NCBI GenBank assembly: GCA_025056465.1
Contig: JANWVU010000001.1
Location: 1-51,679 of the forward strand
Length of the DNA stretch: 51,679 nucleotides
Reading direction: 5' to 3'
DNA from: Verrucomicrobiia bacterium
GTDB taxonomy: Bacteria; Verrucomicrobiota; Verrucomicrobiia; Palsa-1439
Shown: one piece after another, positions 31,309-40,838 of the stretch
Layout of the letters: every line of letters starts with the position of its first letter
How positions within the stretch are numbered: the stretch's first letter is position 1
Translations under genes and position numbers: made by a program
Notes under the pieces: generated by a model
What the model saw: the letters and a program-made list of their open reading frames with translations, nothing else
What the model was told of the DNA's origin: nothing
Database searches by the model: none

Positions 31309-32020
31309 CACGGCCGTAGTGGCCGCCGACGGTGCGCCTGCGAAGGTCAACACGGCACCGGTAATTCGCGCGGTGGATTTGATTCGGCTGGCGCAGGGAT
31401 TGTACTTCATTTTTTTCGGAGTGATGCTGGCCTCGGTGGTGGGCGCGCAGATTTTGATTTTGTTGTGGATACGGACCCTGGCCGAAGTGTTCTTGGGGAT
31501 TGGGGTTTTGGCGATTCTGGCCGGCACATGGCGGTTGCGTCAGTCGCAACTCGGCGGGGCGTGGTTGCAGCAGACGCGTCGGCTGCTGGTCTGGGCGGGG
31601 TTGACGGGATATTTCTGTGTACTTTTCTACATGTGGCGAAGAGCGCCGTTGCAACCGTATCTCCAATTCAACGCGGTGATGTTTGTTTTGTGTGGTTTGG
31701 TGTATTTGGTTTTGCTGGCCGGCACGTTGCGTGAGCTGGCGGCCTGTTTGGGACGCGAGGATTTGATGCGCGAGGCGCGGTGGTTTGGCGTGAGCGTGAC
31801 CGGGTTGATGTTGATACCATTTGGGGCGGGATTGATTTTCGTGCTTGTGCAGGCATGGCGGTTGAAGGAAAACGCGCTGTTGCAGTTTCAGGAGTTGGTG
31901 GGGCTGGTCAACACGCCGGTACTGTTGCTCGGGTTGTTGCCGTTGTCGTTGATGCTGGGGTTGCTATGGGCGACGAAAGACGCGACGCTGGCGCGGTTGC
32001 AGGCTTTGGATCGAGGTTGA
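31292..32020 (+). CDS. polytopic membrane protein, function unknown
   Basis: 242 aa with about 6-7 hydrophobic segments. Overlaps the Lon-N gene by 17 nt. I recognised no family motif. Confidence 0.6.
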   Translation: MSGSTDTAVVAADGAPAKVNTAPVIRAVDLIRLAQGLYFIFFGVMLASVVGAQILILLWIRTLAEVFLGIGVLAILAGTWRLRQSQLGGAWLQQTRRLLVWAGLTGYFCVLFYMWRRAPLQPYLQFNAVMFVLCGLVYLVLLAGTLRELAACLGREDLMREARWFGVSVTGLMLIPFGAGLIFVLVQAWRLKENALLQFQELVGLVNTPVLLLGLLPLSLMLGLLWATKDATLARLQALDRG

Positions 32021-32021
32021 G

Positions 32022-32909
32022 ATGATGAACTTGTATCGGCACCGGTTTCCGCGGTACGGCACGGTGGGGCTAGCGGTGTTGCTGGTGATGCACACGGTGA
32101 TGTTCGTGAAGCAGACGGGTATGTTCTCGCCCGAACCATGGCAACAGTTGACCCGATGGGTTACGCCCGTTTGCTGGTGGGCATATATCTTGGTGCTCGA
32201 TGCGTGGTTATTTTTGCGGCGCGGTAGCTCATGGCTAATGGATCGCCATTGGGGATTTGTGGGGCTGTGCGTGGTGTCGGTTGCGGTTTGGTGTTTGTTT
32301 GAAGCTTACAATCGCGTGCTACCGGGTTGGCAGTATCACAATCTGTATGACAATCTGGGCTTGCGATTTTTGGGATATGGGGTGGCGTTTGCCACAATCA
32401 TGCCGGGGGTGTTTCTGACGGCGCAACTCATCCAGAGCTGGGGCTGGTTTGCGCGATGTCGGGGCGGAGCGGTGCGGTGGTCAACGGCTGCCCTGAGCGC
32501 CTCGGTGGTCGTGGGCGCGGTGGCTTGCGTAGGTCCGTTGTTTGCGCCGGAATCGTGGCGGGGATACTTGTGGGCCGCAGTGTGGTTGGGTTGGGTGTTG
32601 TTGCTGGAGCCGTTCAACTATTGGCGCGGTTTGCCCAGCCTCTACCGGGATTGGGAGAATGGCGATTGGCGGCGCACGCTCGAGCTTGTGGTGGCCGGTG
32701 GGATTTGCGGGTTGCTGTGGGAGTTTTGGAACGCGTTTGCGCACACGCGGTGGACGTATGTGTTTCCGGTCCCTTTCGGTTGGGAGGCGCGATACTTCGA
32801 AATGCCGTGGATGGGCTTTCTGGGTTTTTTCCCGTTCGCGCTCGAGTTGTTTGTGATGTTTCATTTTGTAGCCGGGCTGTTCACGGATGAGGACCGGCTT
32901 GGGCTGTAA
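32022..32909 (+). CDS. Trp-rich polytopic membrane protein, function unknown
   Basis: 295 aa with about 8 hydrophobic segments and many Trp ('WEFWNAFAHTRWTYVFPVPFGW'). Starts 1 nt after the previous stop. Confidence 0.6.
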   Translation: MMNLYRHRFPRYGTVGLAVLLVMHTVMFVKQTGMFSPEPWQQLTRWVTPVCWWAYILVLDAWLFLRRGSSWLMDRHWGFVGLCVVSVAVWCLFEAYNRVLPGWQYHNLYDNLGLRFLGYGVAFATIMPGVFLTAQLIQSWGWFARCRGGAVRWSTAALSASVVVGAVACVGPLFAPESWRGYLWAAVWLGWVLLLEPFNYWRGLPSLYRDWENGDWRRTLELVVAGGICGLLWEFWNAFAHTRWTYVFPVPFGWEARYFEMPWMGFLGFFPFALELFVMFHFVAGLFTDEDRLGL

Positions 32910-32956
32910 CCGGTGCGCGATTGAATCGCTGCTCAATCGTTGGTACCGGTGACGGC

Positions 32957-33643
32957 ATGCGCGTTGGGTTGTTTATCCCGTGTTTTGTGGATCAATTGTT
33001 CCCGCAGGTGGGGATCGCAACGGTCACGGTGTTGCGTCGGTTGGGACTGCACGTGGAGTTTCCCGAATCGCAAACCTGCTGTGGCCAACCGGCGTTCAAC
33101 ACGGGTTACTGGTCGGAAGCGCGGGAGTTGGCACGGCGATGCGCGCGCGTGTTTGATGGGTACGATGTGGTGGTGGCGCCATCGGGGTCGTGTGTGGCGA
33201 TGGTCCGCAATTTTTATCCGGCACTCGGCGTGGCGCCGCCGCCGGTGTTTGAGTTGGCGGAGTTTCTGGTGCGCCGCCTTGGGGTGACGGATGTGGGTGC
33301 GCGGTTTCCGGCACGGGTGACGTATCACGATGGCTGCCACGCCCTGCGTGAACTGCGTTTGAAAGAGGAGCCGCGCACGTTGTTGCGCCACGTGCGTGAG
33401 TTGGAGCTGGTGGAGATGGACGCGGCGGAGACCTGTTGCGGTTTTGGGGGAACATTTGCGGTGAAGTTTCCGCACATCAGCGGTGCAATGGACGAGGTCA
33501 AATGCACTGCCGCCGCGCGAACTGGCGCCGAGTACGTGGTGAGTAGCGACAGCAGTTGTCTGATGCAGATTGCGACGCAGTTGCGACAACATCACCCGAC
33601 CCTGCGAACGATCTCACTGGCTGAGGTGCTGGCCAGCACATGA
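32957..33643 (+). CDS. lutA: L-lactate utilization protein LutA ((Fe-S)-binding, CCG domains)
   Basis: 'VGLFIPCFVDQLFPQVG', 'CCGQPAFNTGY' and 'CCGFGGTF' are CCG motifs. Confidence 0.88.
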   Translation: MRVGLFIPCFVDQLFPQVGIATVTVLRRLGLHVEFPESQTCCGQPAFNTGYWSEARELARRCARVFDGYDVVVAPSGSCVAMVRNFYPALGVAPPPVFELAEFLVRRLGVTDVGARFPARVTYHDGCHALRELRLKEEPRTLLRHVRELELVEMDAAETCCGFGGTFAVKFPHISGAMDEVKCTAAARTGAEYVVSSDSSCLMQIATQLRQHHPTLRTISLAEVLAST

Positions 33644-34989
33644 TGAACACGCAGCACGCAGCACAACAATTCACGCAGGCCACGCGACGGGCAGTGGCGC
33701 AAACCGAGCGCCGCGCCGTCATCCGTCGCAATATTGGGTCGTACCATCAGAAAGTGGCTGAGGGGAAACGCCGGTATGCCAACTGGGCAGCGGCACGTGA
33801 CCGAGCAGCGGCGCGTAAACAACAGGTGCTCGCGCAGTGGGACCGGTATCTCGAGGCGTTTGAGGCCAACGTTATTGCCAATGGGGGTCGCGTGCATTGG
33901 GCGGAGACAGCGGAGGAGGCGCGCCGCATTGTGTTGGCGATTGCGCGGCAGCATGGGGTGCGGTCGGTGGTGAAATCGAAATCCATGGTCACGGAGGAGA
34001 TTCACCTCAACGCCGCACTGGAACAGGCCGGGATCGAAGTGGTGGAAACGGATCTCGGCGAGTATGTGTGCCAACTGCGGGGCGAACCGCCGTTTCACAT
34101 CGTCACGCCGATCATGCATTTGTCGCGGCAAGAGGTAGCGGTGACGTTTCGGAAGAAGTTGCAAGTGGCGGCGAGCGACCGGGCGGAGGAATTGACACAG
34201 ATTGCGCGACAGCGACTGCGCGCGGCGTTTTTGCGGGCGGACATGGGGATTACCGGCGCGAATTTTCTGATCGCGGAGACCGGTCAGATTGCGATCACGG
34301 AGAATGAGGGCAACGCGCGCCTGTGTTTTTCGGGTCCGCCGGTGCACGTGGTGTTGGCCGGGATCGAAAAACTGCTGCCGACGGTGAGCGATCTGGCGTT
34401 GTTCTGGCCCTTGCTGGCCACGAGCGGTACCGGGCAGTCGTTGACCGTGTACAACTCACTGATTGCGGGGCCGCGGGCCGGTGGGGAGTTGCACGTGGTG
34501 TTGGTGGACAACGGGCGAACGCGATTGTTTGCGGCGGGTGAGCAGCGCGAGGCGTTGCGGTGCATCCGGTGTGGAGCGTGTTTGAACATTTGTCCGATTT
34601 ATCAAAACGTTGGCGGGCACAGTTACGGCACGACGTATCAGGGGCCGGTCGGGTCGGTGATTACGCCGTGGTTGCGTGACGATGATGATTGGTCGCACCT
34701 GTCGTACGCCAGCAGTTTGTGCGGGGCGTGCACCGACGTGTGCCCGGTAGGGATTCATTTGCACCATCATTTACTGGCCAACCGGCGGGATGCGGTGGCG
34801 CGCGGGCGGGACGCATGGTGGCAGCGGGTGTTGTTTCGCGGTTGGTTGTGGGTGATGCAGTCGCCCGAACGATACCGGTGGGCGGGTCGGTTGGCGACGT
34901 GGGCCGGGGCGGTTGGGTTGCGCGGACCGCGCGGGTTTCCGATGCCGGTACGCCGCACGTTTCGTGATTGGTGGAGTGGACAGCGATGA
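33640..34989 (+). CDS. lutB: L-lactate utilization iron-sulfur protein LutB
   Basis: Two 4Fe-4S motifs, 'CIRCGACLNICP' and 'CGACTDVCP', plus a LUD domain. ATGA overlap with lutA. Confidence 0.9.
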   Translation: MMNTQHAAQQFTQATRRAVAQTERRAVIRRNIGSYHQKVAEGKRRYANWAAARDRAAARKQQVLAQWDRYLEAFEANVIANGGRVHWAETAEEARRIVLAIARQHGVRSVVKSKSMVTEEIHLNAALEQAGIEVVETDLGEYVCQLRGEPPFHIVTPIMHLSRQEVAVTFRKKLQVAASDRAEELTQIARQRLRAAFLRADMGITGANFLIAETGQIAITENEGNARLCFSGPPVHVVLAGIEKLLPTVSDLALFWPLLATSGTGQSLTVYNSLIAGPRAGGELHVVLVDNGRTRLFAAGEQREALRCIRCGACLNICPIYQNVGGHSYGTTYQGPVGSVITPWLRDDDDWSHLSYASSLCGACTDVCPVGIHLHHHLLANRRDAVARGRDAWWQRVLFRGWLWVMQSPERYRWAGRLATWAGAVGLRGPRGFPMPVRRTFRDWWSGQR

Positions 34990-35576
34990 ATTTTGCGCGG
35001 GCCAATATTTTGCGTCGCATTCGCGCGGTGCGAGCGCGCGAGCGGATCGAAGCCGGGGCGGTACCGGAACGGTTGGCGGAGTGCATGTTTGCGCCCGTGA
35101 CGGATCCGGTGGCGCAGTTTGAGGCGGAGTTTGTTGCGCAACGTGGTGAGTTGGTGACGGACATCGGGGGTTTTCTGAAGGAGTTCACGCGGGTCGTGTG
35201 CGACGGGTCGGAAGCGGCCAGCGCGTTGCGCTGTCGTTGGCCGGGGTTGCAACCGGTAGGCTCCATGGCGGAGCTGGCGCGCGCGGATTTGGCGGTGACC
35301 GGTTGTGAGTGGTTGGTGGCCCAGACCGGTTCGGTGGTGGTAGCGCATCGGGCCATTTCGGTGTTGCCGCCGGTGCATCTGGTGGTGGCGCGGCGCGCGC
35401 AGGTGGTCGCGGACCTGGCGACGGTGTTCGATCGGCTGCGCGAGCGGTACGGAGGCCGGTGGCCCGATGCGGTGACGTTGATTACCGGGCCGAGTCGAAC
35501 GGCGGACATCGAGAAAATTTTGGTGATGGGAGCGCACGGACCGAAACGGTTGGCGTTGTATTGGCTGGAGGGGTGA
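34986..35576 (+). CDS. lutC: L-lactate utilization protein LutC (LUD domain)
   Basis: 196 aa following lutB with an ATGA overlap. 'LAVTGCEWLVAQTGSVVV' is typical of the LUD/YkgG fold. Confidence 0.8.
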   Translation: MNFARANILRRIRAVRARERIEAGAVPERLAECMFAPVTDPVAQFEAEFVAQRGELVTDIGGFLKEFTRVVCDGSEAASALRCRWPGLQPVGSMAELARADLAVTGCEWLVAQTGSVVVAHRAISVLPPVHLVVARRAQVVADLATVFDRLRERYGGRWPDAVTLITGPSRTADIEKILVMGAHGPKRLALYWLEG

Positions 35577-35578
35577 GG

Positions 35579-35950
35579 ATGCCGGTCAGTGCCCGAGAGT
35601 TTGAGCGGTTGGTGACGGAAGGGTTGGCGATGGTGCCCGAGGAATTCCGTCGCATGATGGAGAACGTCGCGATCGTGATTGAGGAAGAACCGGACGAGGC
35701 GACACGAGCGGAGTTGGGACTGGCCGAGGATGAGACGTTGTTTGGGCTGTACAGTGGGACGCCGTTGACAGAGCGCTCGCTCGAGCACACGGGGCTACCG
35801 GATAAAATCACGATTTATCGTCGGCCCTTTTTGGAGGAGTTTGACGACGCGGAGGAAATCCGGCGCGAGGTGGCGCGCACGGTGATTCACGAGATTGCGC
35901 ATCATTTCGGGATTGGTGAAGAACGGCTTGCGGAGCTGGGTTGGGACTAG
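35579..35950 (+). CDS. small zincin-like metallopeptidase family protein
   Basis: 123 aa with 'TVIHEIAHHFG' (HExxH). Size and layout fit the DUF1025/Zincin_1 family. Confidence 0.75.
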   Translation: MPVSAREFERLVTEGLAMVPEEFRRMMENVAIVIEEEPDEATRAELGLAEDETLFGLYSGTPLTERSLEHTGLPDKITIYRRPFLEEFDDAEEIRREVARTVIHEIAHHFGIGEERLAELGWD

Positions 35951-36016
35951 GTGCTGTCCCAAGGGCTTGCGGTAGGGTGTAAGGACAGCGTAGATTTAGC
36001 AGTGTTTGGACGAGAC

Positions 36017-36090
36017 GCTCCCGTAGCTCAGATGGATAGAGCATCGGTTTCCTAAACCGAGGGTCGCGCGTTCGAATCGCGCCGGGAGCG
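36017..36090 (+). tRNA. tRNA-Arg (anticodon CCT)
   Basis: Hand-folded cloverleaf: acceptor GCTCCCG/CGGGAGC, D stem GCTC/GAGC, anticodon stem TCGGT/ACCGA with loop TTCCTAA, T stem GCGCG/CGCGC with loop TTCGAAT. 74 nt; CCA is not encoded. Confidence 0.93.
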
Positions 36091-36130
36091 CTTGCGGCGT
36101 GGAGCTGCCGGTGGGCCGAGGAGGGCAAAC

Positions 36131-38092
36131 ATGCAGATAGTGTTCAAGGATAGCGACTGCACCAATTTGAAAACGGCGTTATCGCGCGAGTGGTTGGAGA
36201 CGAATGGGGTGGGCGGGTTTGCCAGCTCGACGATTATCGGTGCGAACACGCGGCGGCATCATGCGTTGTTGCTGGCGGCGCTGCGACCGCCAGTTGAGCG
36301 GTATGTGATGGTGTCGAAGTTCGAGGAGCGCGTGGTCGTTCAGAACAGTGAGGCATTTATCTGCACCAACTTGTATCCGGGCACGGTGTATCCACATGGG
36401 TTCAACATTCAGCGGGAGTTTCGGTTGCGACCGTGGCCGACATTTCGGTACAGCACGGCGGATTTCGATTTGGAGCGGACGGTCACGATGGTGCACGGCG
36501 AGAACACCACGATTGTGGGCTATCACAATCGTCGGTCCCGTGGGCCGGTGACGTTGCATGTGCGTCCGCTGTTGGCGTGTCGCGAGTACAACGGGATCAT
36601 TCGTCGGCATGAGCGTGTGCGCTGGGAGGTGGAGCCGACGAAGAGTGGTGTTTCCGTGCAGCCGGTCGCGGAGCTGCCGCGAATTTATTTTCATGTGGCC
36701 GGTACGACGTTGGAATGTGAGGCGAAGGGTGACTGGTACTACCGGTTCACGTACCCGGTCGAGGAAGAACGTGGGTTGGATTATGAGGAGGATTTGTTCA
36801 CGTTGTTTGAGCTGCGGTTGCGGGTGGCACCGGGCCATGCGGTGTATGTCACCGTCACGACGGATCGGAAAGCGCCACCGTCGCCCGAAGCATTGCTCGC
36901 GGAGGAGCGGGAACGACGACGACGGTTGCTGTCGGATCCAGATCCGGTACGGCAGGCGTTGGTGTTTGCGGCGGATCAGTTCATTTCGCGACGCGGACGA
37001 GATTATCAGACGGTGCTGGCGGGATACCCGTGGTTTACGGACTGGGGACGCGACACCATGATCGCGTTGCCGGGGTTGACGCTGAACACGCGGCGGTTGC
37101 CGGTGGCGCGGCAGATTCTCGCAACGTTTGCGCATTACTGTGATCGCGGCCAGATCCCAAATGTTTTTCCCGATTCGGGGGAGACGCCAGAGTACAACAC
37201 GGTGGATGCGTCGTTGTGGTTTGTGGTGGCGGTGTGGCGTTTTTGGCGGGCGGTGCAGAACGCAGAGGATGTGCGGTCGTTGCTGCCGGCGTTGCGGGAT
37301 GTGATGCGGTACTACCGGGAGGGGACCCGGTATGACATCCGGGCGGATCGGGACGGGTTGATCACAGCCGGCAGCGCAGGCAGTCAGCTCACGTGGATGG
37401 ATGTGAAAGTGGACGGGTATGTGCCGACGCCGCGACACGGCAAGCCGGTGGAGATCAATGCGCTGTGGTTGAACGCGCACCTGATGATGGCGGAGTTGGA
37501 GGAAAAGGTTGAAGGCAACATTCACGCGGCGGTGCAATTGCGGAAGGCGGCGGACCAGATTGCCGGCTCATTTCAGCGAGTGTTCTGGAATGACGCCGGT
37601 GGGTATTTGTTTGATGTGGTGCGGGAGGATTTTCGGGACCCGGCGATTCGTCCCAATCAGTTGTTTACTGTGAGTCTACCGTTTTCGCCGTTAACTGAGG
37701 CGCAACAGCGCGCGGTGCTGGAGGTGGTGACCAAACATTTGCTCACGCCGTTCGGTTTACGGACGTTGTCGCCCCAGCACGAAAAATATGTTGGGCGCTA
37801 CACCGGTAATCGTTGGCAGCGTGATTGCGCGTATCACCAGGGGACGGTGTGGCCCTGGTTGATGGGGGCGTATGGCGAGGCATACCTACGTGTGCACGGT
37901 GCCGGCAAGCCTCAAAAAGCGGAGTTGCGTTCTTTGCTGCAACCGTTGATTGATCATTTACGCGAAGCCGGTTTGGGAACCATCAGCGAGATTTTTGACG
38001 GTGATCCACCGCATCGGCCGGTCGGTTGTATCGCCCAGGCGTGGAGCGTGGCGGAAGTGTTGCGGTTGTACGATTTGACTGCGGCAAGCTGA
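36131..38092 (+). CDS. glycogen debranching enzyme (amylo-alpha-1,6-glucosidase family)
   Basis: N-terminal 'REWLETNGVGGFASSTI..NTRRHHALL' and a C-terminal (alpha/alpha)6 domain with 'GYPWFTDWGRDTMIAL' and 'AQAWSVAEVLR'. Confidence 0.88.
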   Translation: MQIVFKDSDCTNLKTALSREWLETNGVGGFASSTIIGANTRRHHALLLAALRPPVERYVMVSKFEERVVVQNSEAFICTNLYPGTVYPHGFNIQREFRLRPWPTFRYSTADFDLERTVTMVHGENTTIVGYHNRRSRGPVTLHVRPLLACREYNGIIRRHERVRWEVEPTKSGVSVQPVAELPRIYFHVAGTTLECEAKGDWYYRFTYPVEEERGLDYEEDLFTLFELRLRVAPGHAVYVTVTTDRKAPPSPEALLAEERERRRRLLSDPDPVRQALVFAADQFISRRGRDYQTVLAGYPWFTDWGRDTMIALPGLTLNTRRLPVARQILATFAHYCDRGQIPNVFPDSGETPEYNTVDASLWFVVAVWRFWRAVQNAEDVRSLLPALRDVMRYYREGTRYDIRADRDGLITAGSAGSQLTWMDVKVDGYVPTPRHGKPVEINALWLNAHLMMAELEEKVEGNIHAAVQLRKAADQIAGSFQRVFWNDAGGYLFDVVREDFRDPAIRPNQLFTVSLPFSPLTEAQQRAVLEVVTKHLLTPFGLRTLSPQHEKYVGRYTGNRWQRDCAYHQGTVWPWLMGAYGEAYLRVHGAGKPQKAELRSLLQPLIDHLREAGLGTISEIFDGDPPHRPVGCIAQAWSVAEVLRLYDLTAAS

Positions 38093-38131
38093 GCGCCCCA
38101 CATCTCGGTTGCCGGCAGAGAGTGGAAGCTT

Positions 38132-39985
38132 GTGTTGACGTGCGGTTCGCGGCATAAAAAGCACGTGCCGACGAACATCTCGGGTTCGCAAGGTTCGGTC
38201 GCCGTGGACGCGCCACCCGGTGCAGTTGAGCAAAAAACCATTCGGCGGGTCATTGTGGCGTCGTCGCTGGGGACGTTGTTCGAGTGGTACGATTTTTACC
38301 TGTACGGTAGCCTGGCGATTTTTTTCGGCAGCAAGTTCTTCCCGCCCGGTAACGAGACGGCGCAGTTGCTTGCGAGTCTGGCGACGTTCGGTGCGGGGTT
38401 TGGCGTGCGGCCGTTGGGCGCGTTGGTCTTCGGGCACATTGGGGATTTGATTGGGCGAAAACACACGTTTTTGGTGACGATGGCCACCATGGGGTTTGCC
38501 ACGGCGTTGGTGGGGTTTCTGCCGACGTATGAGCAATGGGGGTTGGCCGCGACGGTGATTTTGGTTGTGCTGCGGTTGCTGCAGGGGTTGGCGCTGGGCG
38601 GGGAATATGGCGGCGCGGCAACCTACGTGGCGGAGCACGTGCCCGACCATCGGCGAGGTTTCTACACGAGCTTTATTCAGACGACTGCCACGTTGGGATT
38701 TTTCCTTAGCATGGGCGTGATTGGGACGGTGCGGGTGCTTTGGGGCGAGCAAGCATTTCGCGACGGGGGTGGGAGCGGTTTGTTTGCGGTTGCCGGTTGG
38801 CGGATTCCGTTCTTGCTGTCGTTCGTTTTGCTGGGAATCAGTCTCTATATCCGGGTGCGGATGAGCGAGAGTCCGTTGTTTGCGAAGCTCAAACAAGGCG
38901 GGCGCGTCACGGCCAATCCGCTGAAGGAGAGCTTCACGAATCCGGTGAACTTGCGCTACGTGTTGCTGGCGTTGTTTGGCGCGACGGCGGGGCAGGGCGT
39001 GATTTGGTACACGGGTCAGTTCTATGCGTTGACGTTCATGCAAACGACGCTGAAGCTGGATTGGTTCCCGGCGTACGTGATTGTTTCCATTGCGTTGGCG
39101 TTGGGTGTGCCGCTGTTTGTGTATTTCGGACACTTGTCCGACCGGATCGGACGCAAAAAAGTCATGCTGACCGGGTGTGTGCTGGCGGCGGCCACATATG
39201 TTCCGCTGTATATGGGTATGCGACATTTCACGCCGTTGCCGGCAGCGGGACAGACGGCGGTGATGTGGGCGGATTTGAGCGTGGTGCAAGTGAGCGCGCT
39301 GGTGTTGTTGGTTTTCATTCAGGTTTTATACGTCACGATGGTGTACGGGCCGATCGCGGCGTTCTTGGTGGAGTTGTTCCCGACGAACATCCGCTACACT
39401 TCGATGTCGCTTCCCTATCACCTGGGCAATGGATGGTTCGGCGGGTTTTTGCCGTTGATCGCCACGGCGGTGGCTGCGTCACCGGCTACCGGTGAAGCGT
39501 TTGGGGAGTACGGCATTTATGCCGGATTGATTTATCCCATTGTGGTGGCGCTGATGACCGTGGTGGTGGGCGGGATTTTCATTCGCGAAACGAAAGATCA
39601 ACGGATTGACAGCGTATTGGAGGCAACCACGACGAGCACCGAACGATTCGACTGGTTTGCGGTATTGGTGGCGCTGGGCGCCGGCTGGGTGTTGCTGAGT
39701 TTGATGGGGATTGGTTTTTGGTTGGGATTGGTTGGCGCAGTGGGGATTTTCGCGCTGCCAACGATATTTTTCCGTTTGGAATGCTCGCGTTGGAAAGCGT
39801 TGGGAGCCGTTTTTGGTTGCGCGGGAATCACGGCGTTGGTGGGGTGGTTTGTTTATCCCCGTTTGGTGGCGGCCGGCGGGTTGCTTCGATTTTTTGCGTT
39901 CTCGCTCGTTCTGGGTTTTCTGGCGGTCTTGTTGGCGGGCGCCTTCTATCTGCTCCGTCCCCGGTCTCCGCGTGCTACCGGCTAA
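38132..39985 (+). CDS. MFS transporter (metabolite:H+ symporter-like) with an extra C-terminal membrane domain
   Basis: 'LFEWYDFYLYG' and 'RPLGALVFGHIGDLIGRK' are MHS-type motifs. About 125 additional C-terminal residues form roughly 4 hydrophobic segments. Start uncertain (GTG 38132; no ATG nearby). Confidence 0.82.
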   Translation: MLTCGSRHKKHVPTNISGSQGSVAVDAPPGAVEQKTIRRVIVASSLGTLFEWYDFYLYGSLAIFFGSKFFPPGNETAQLLASLATFGAGFGVRPLGALVFGHIGDLIGRKHTFLVTMATMGFATALVGFLPTYEQWGLAATVILVVLRLLQGLALGGEYGGAATYVAEHVPDHRRGFYTSFIQTTATLGFFLSMGVIGTVRVLWGEQAFRDGGGSGLFAVAGWRIPFLLSFVLLGISLYIRVRMSESPLFAKLKQGGRVTANPLKESFTNPVNLRYVLLALFGATAGQGVIWYTGQFYALTFMQTTLKLDWFPAYVIVSIALALGVPLFVYFGHLSDRIGRKKVMLTGCVLAAATYVPLYMGMRHFTPLPAAGQTAVMWADLSVVQVSALVLLVFIQVLYVTMVYGPIAAFLVELFPTNIRYTSMSLPYHLGNGWFGGFLPLIATAVAASPATGEAFGEYGIYAGLIYPIVVALMTVVVGGIFIRETKDQRIDSVLEATTTSTERFDWFAVLVALGAGWVLLSLMGIGFWLGLVGAVGIFALPTIFFRLECSRWKALGAVFGCAGITALVGWFVYPRLVAAGGLLRFFAFSLVLGFLAVLLAGAFYLLRPRSPRATG

Positions 39986-40833
39986 CGGACAACTTCCGTG
40001 CCGATTCCCTTGTCGGTGAAAATTTCCAGCAGCACCGAATGCGGGATGCGGCCGTCCACGAAATGGACGCGGCGCACGCCGGCACGCACTGCCTCGACCG
40101 CGCTGTCCACCTTCGGAATCATGCCCTGATCAATCACGCCTTGCTGCTTGAGCGCCATCACCTCGTCGATTCGCAGATGAGAAATGAGCGTACCGGGGTC
40201 TTTGGGATCGCGCAGTAAGCCGGGCACATCGCTCATGAACACCAACCGGCGCGCGCCGATGGCGATGGCGAGTTTGGCTGCGGCCACATCGGCGTTGATG
40301 TTGTAACTGTGTCCGTCTTCGCCGCGTCCGATAGGACTGATGACGGGAGTGACCTGTGCGCGGAGACAGCGACGGATGGCGTCCACTTCTACGCCGGTAA
40401 CTTCGCCTACGTATCCCAGGTCGGGATTCAATGGCCGGCAGCGAAACACCTCGCGGCCAGAAAACCCGCGTGCTTTTCCGCCCCATCGTTGGATCATTTG
40501 GACGATTTCGGGGTTGATCACGTGAGAGAGCACCGTCTCGACGCATTGCATCGTTTCCTCATCCGTCACGCGCAGGCCATTAACGAACCGTGGCTGAATG
40601 CCGGCTTTTTCCATGGCGCGGGTGATGGCTTTGCCGCCGCCGTGGACTACGATCGGGTTGATCCCGCATGCCTCCAAAAAGACCACATCGGCCGCCACAC
40701 CTGAGCGAACCTTCGGGTCCGGAGAGTCCATAAAGCTACCCCCGTACTTGATCACGAAGATGGAGCTTCGGAATCGCTGGATATAGGGCAGCGCCTCCAG
40801 CAACACGTCAGCTTTCGCGATCAGGTCTTGCAC
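39982..40833 (-). CDS. argB: acetylglutamate kinase
   Basis: 'EALPYIQRFRSSIFVIKYGGS' and 'VVHGGG'. GTG start. Confidence 0.94.
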   Translation of the reverse strand: MQDLIAKADVLLEALPYIQRFRSSIFVIKYGGSFMDSPDPKVRSGVAADVVFLEACGINPIVVHGGGKAITRAMEKAGIQPRFVNGLRVTDEETMQCVETVLSHVINPEIVQMIQRWGGKARGFSGREVFRCRPLNPDLGYVGEVTGVEVDAIRRCLRAQVTPVISPIGRGEDGHSYNINADVAAAKLAIAIGARRLVFMSDVPGLLRDPKDPGTLISHLRIDEVMALKQQGVIDQGMIPKVDSAVEAVRAGVRRVHFVDGRIPHSVLLEIFTDKGIGTEVVR

Positions 40834-40838
40834 CGGGT

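Noticed and set aside
32918-32939. 7-bp inverted repeat CGATTGA-N8-TCAATCG between the Trp-rich membrane gene and lutA
   Set aside because: Short stem and no U-tract. It could be a weak terminator or an operator, but it cannot be told from chance on sequence alone.
36017-36131. tRNA-Arg as a genomic-island integration site
   Set aside because: There is no integrase or mobility gene on either side. I saw no direct repeat of the tRNA 3' end downstream. The flanking genes are ordinary metabolic genes.
34661-39289. Long minus-strand ORFs (34661-35788, 36179-37537, 37958-39289) opposite lutB/lutC, the debranching enzyme and the MFS transporter
   Set aside because: All lie antisense to genes with clear family motifs. 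They are Arg/Pro/His-rich and lack starts with ribosome-binding sites. These are GC-rich shadow ORFs.
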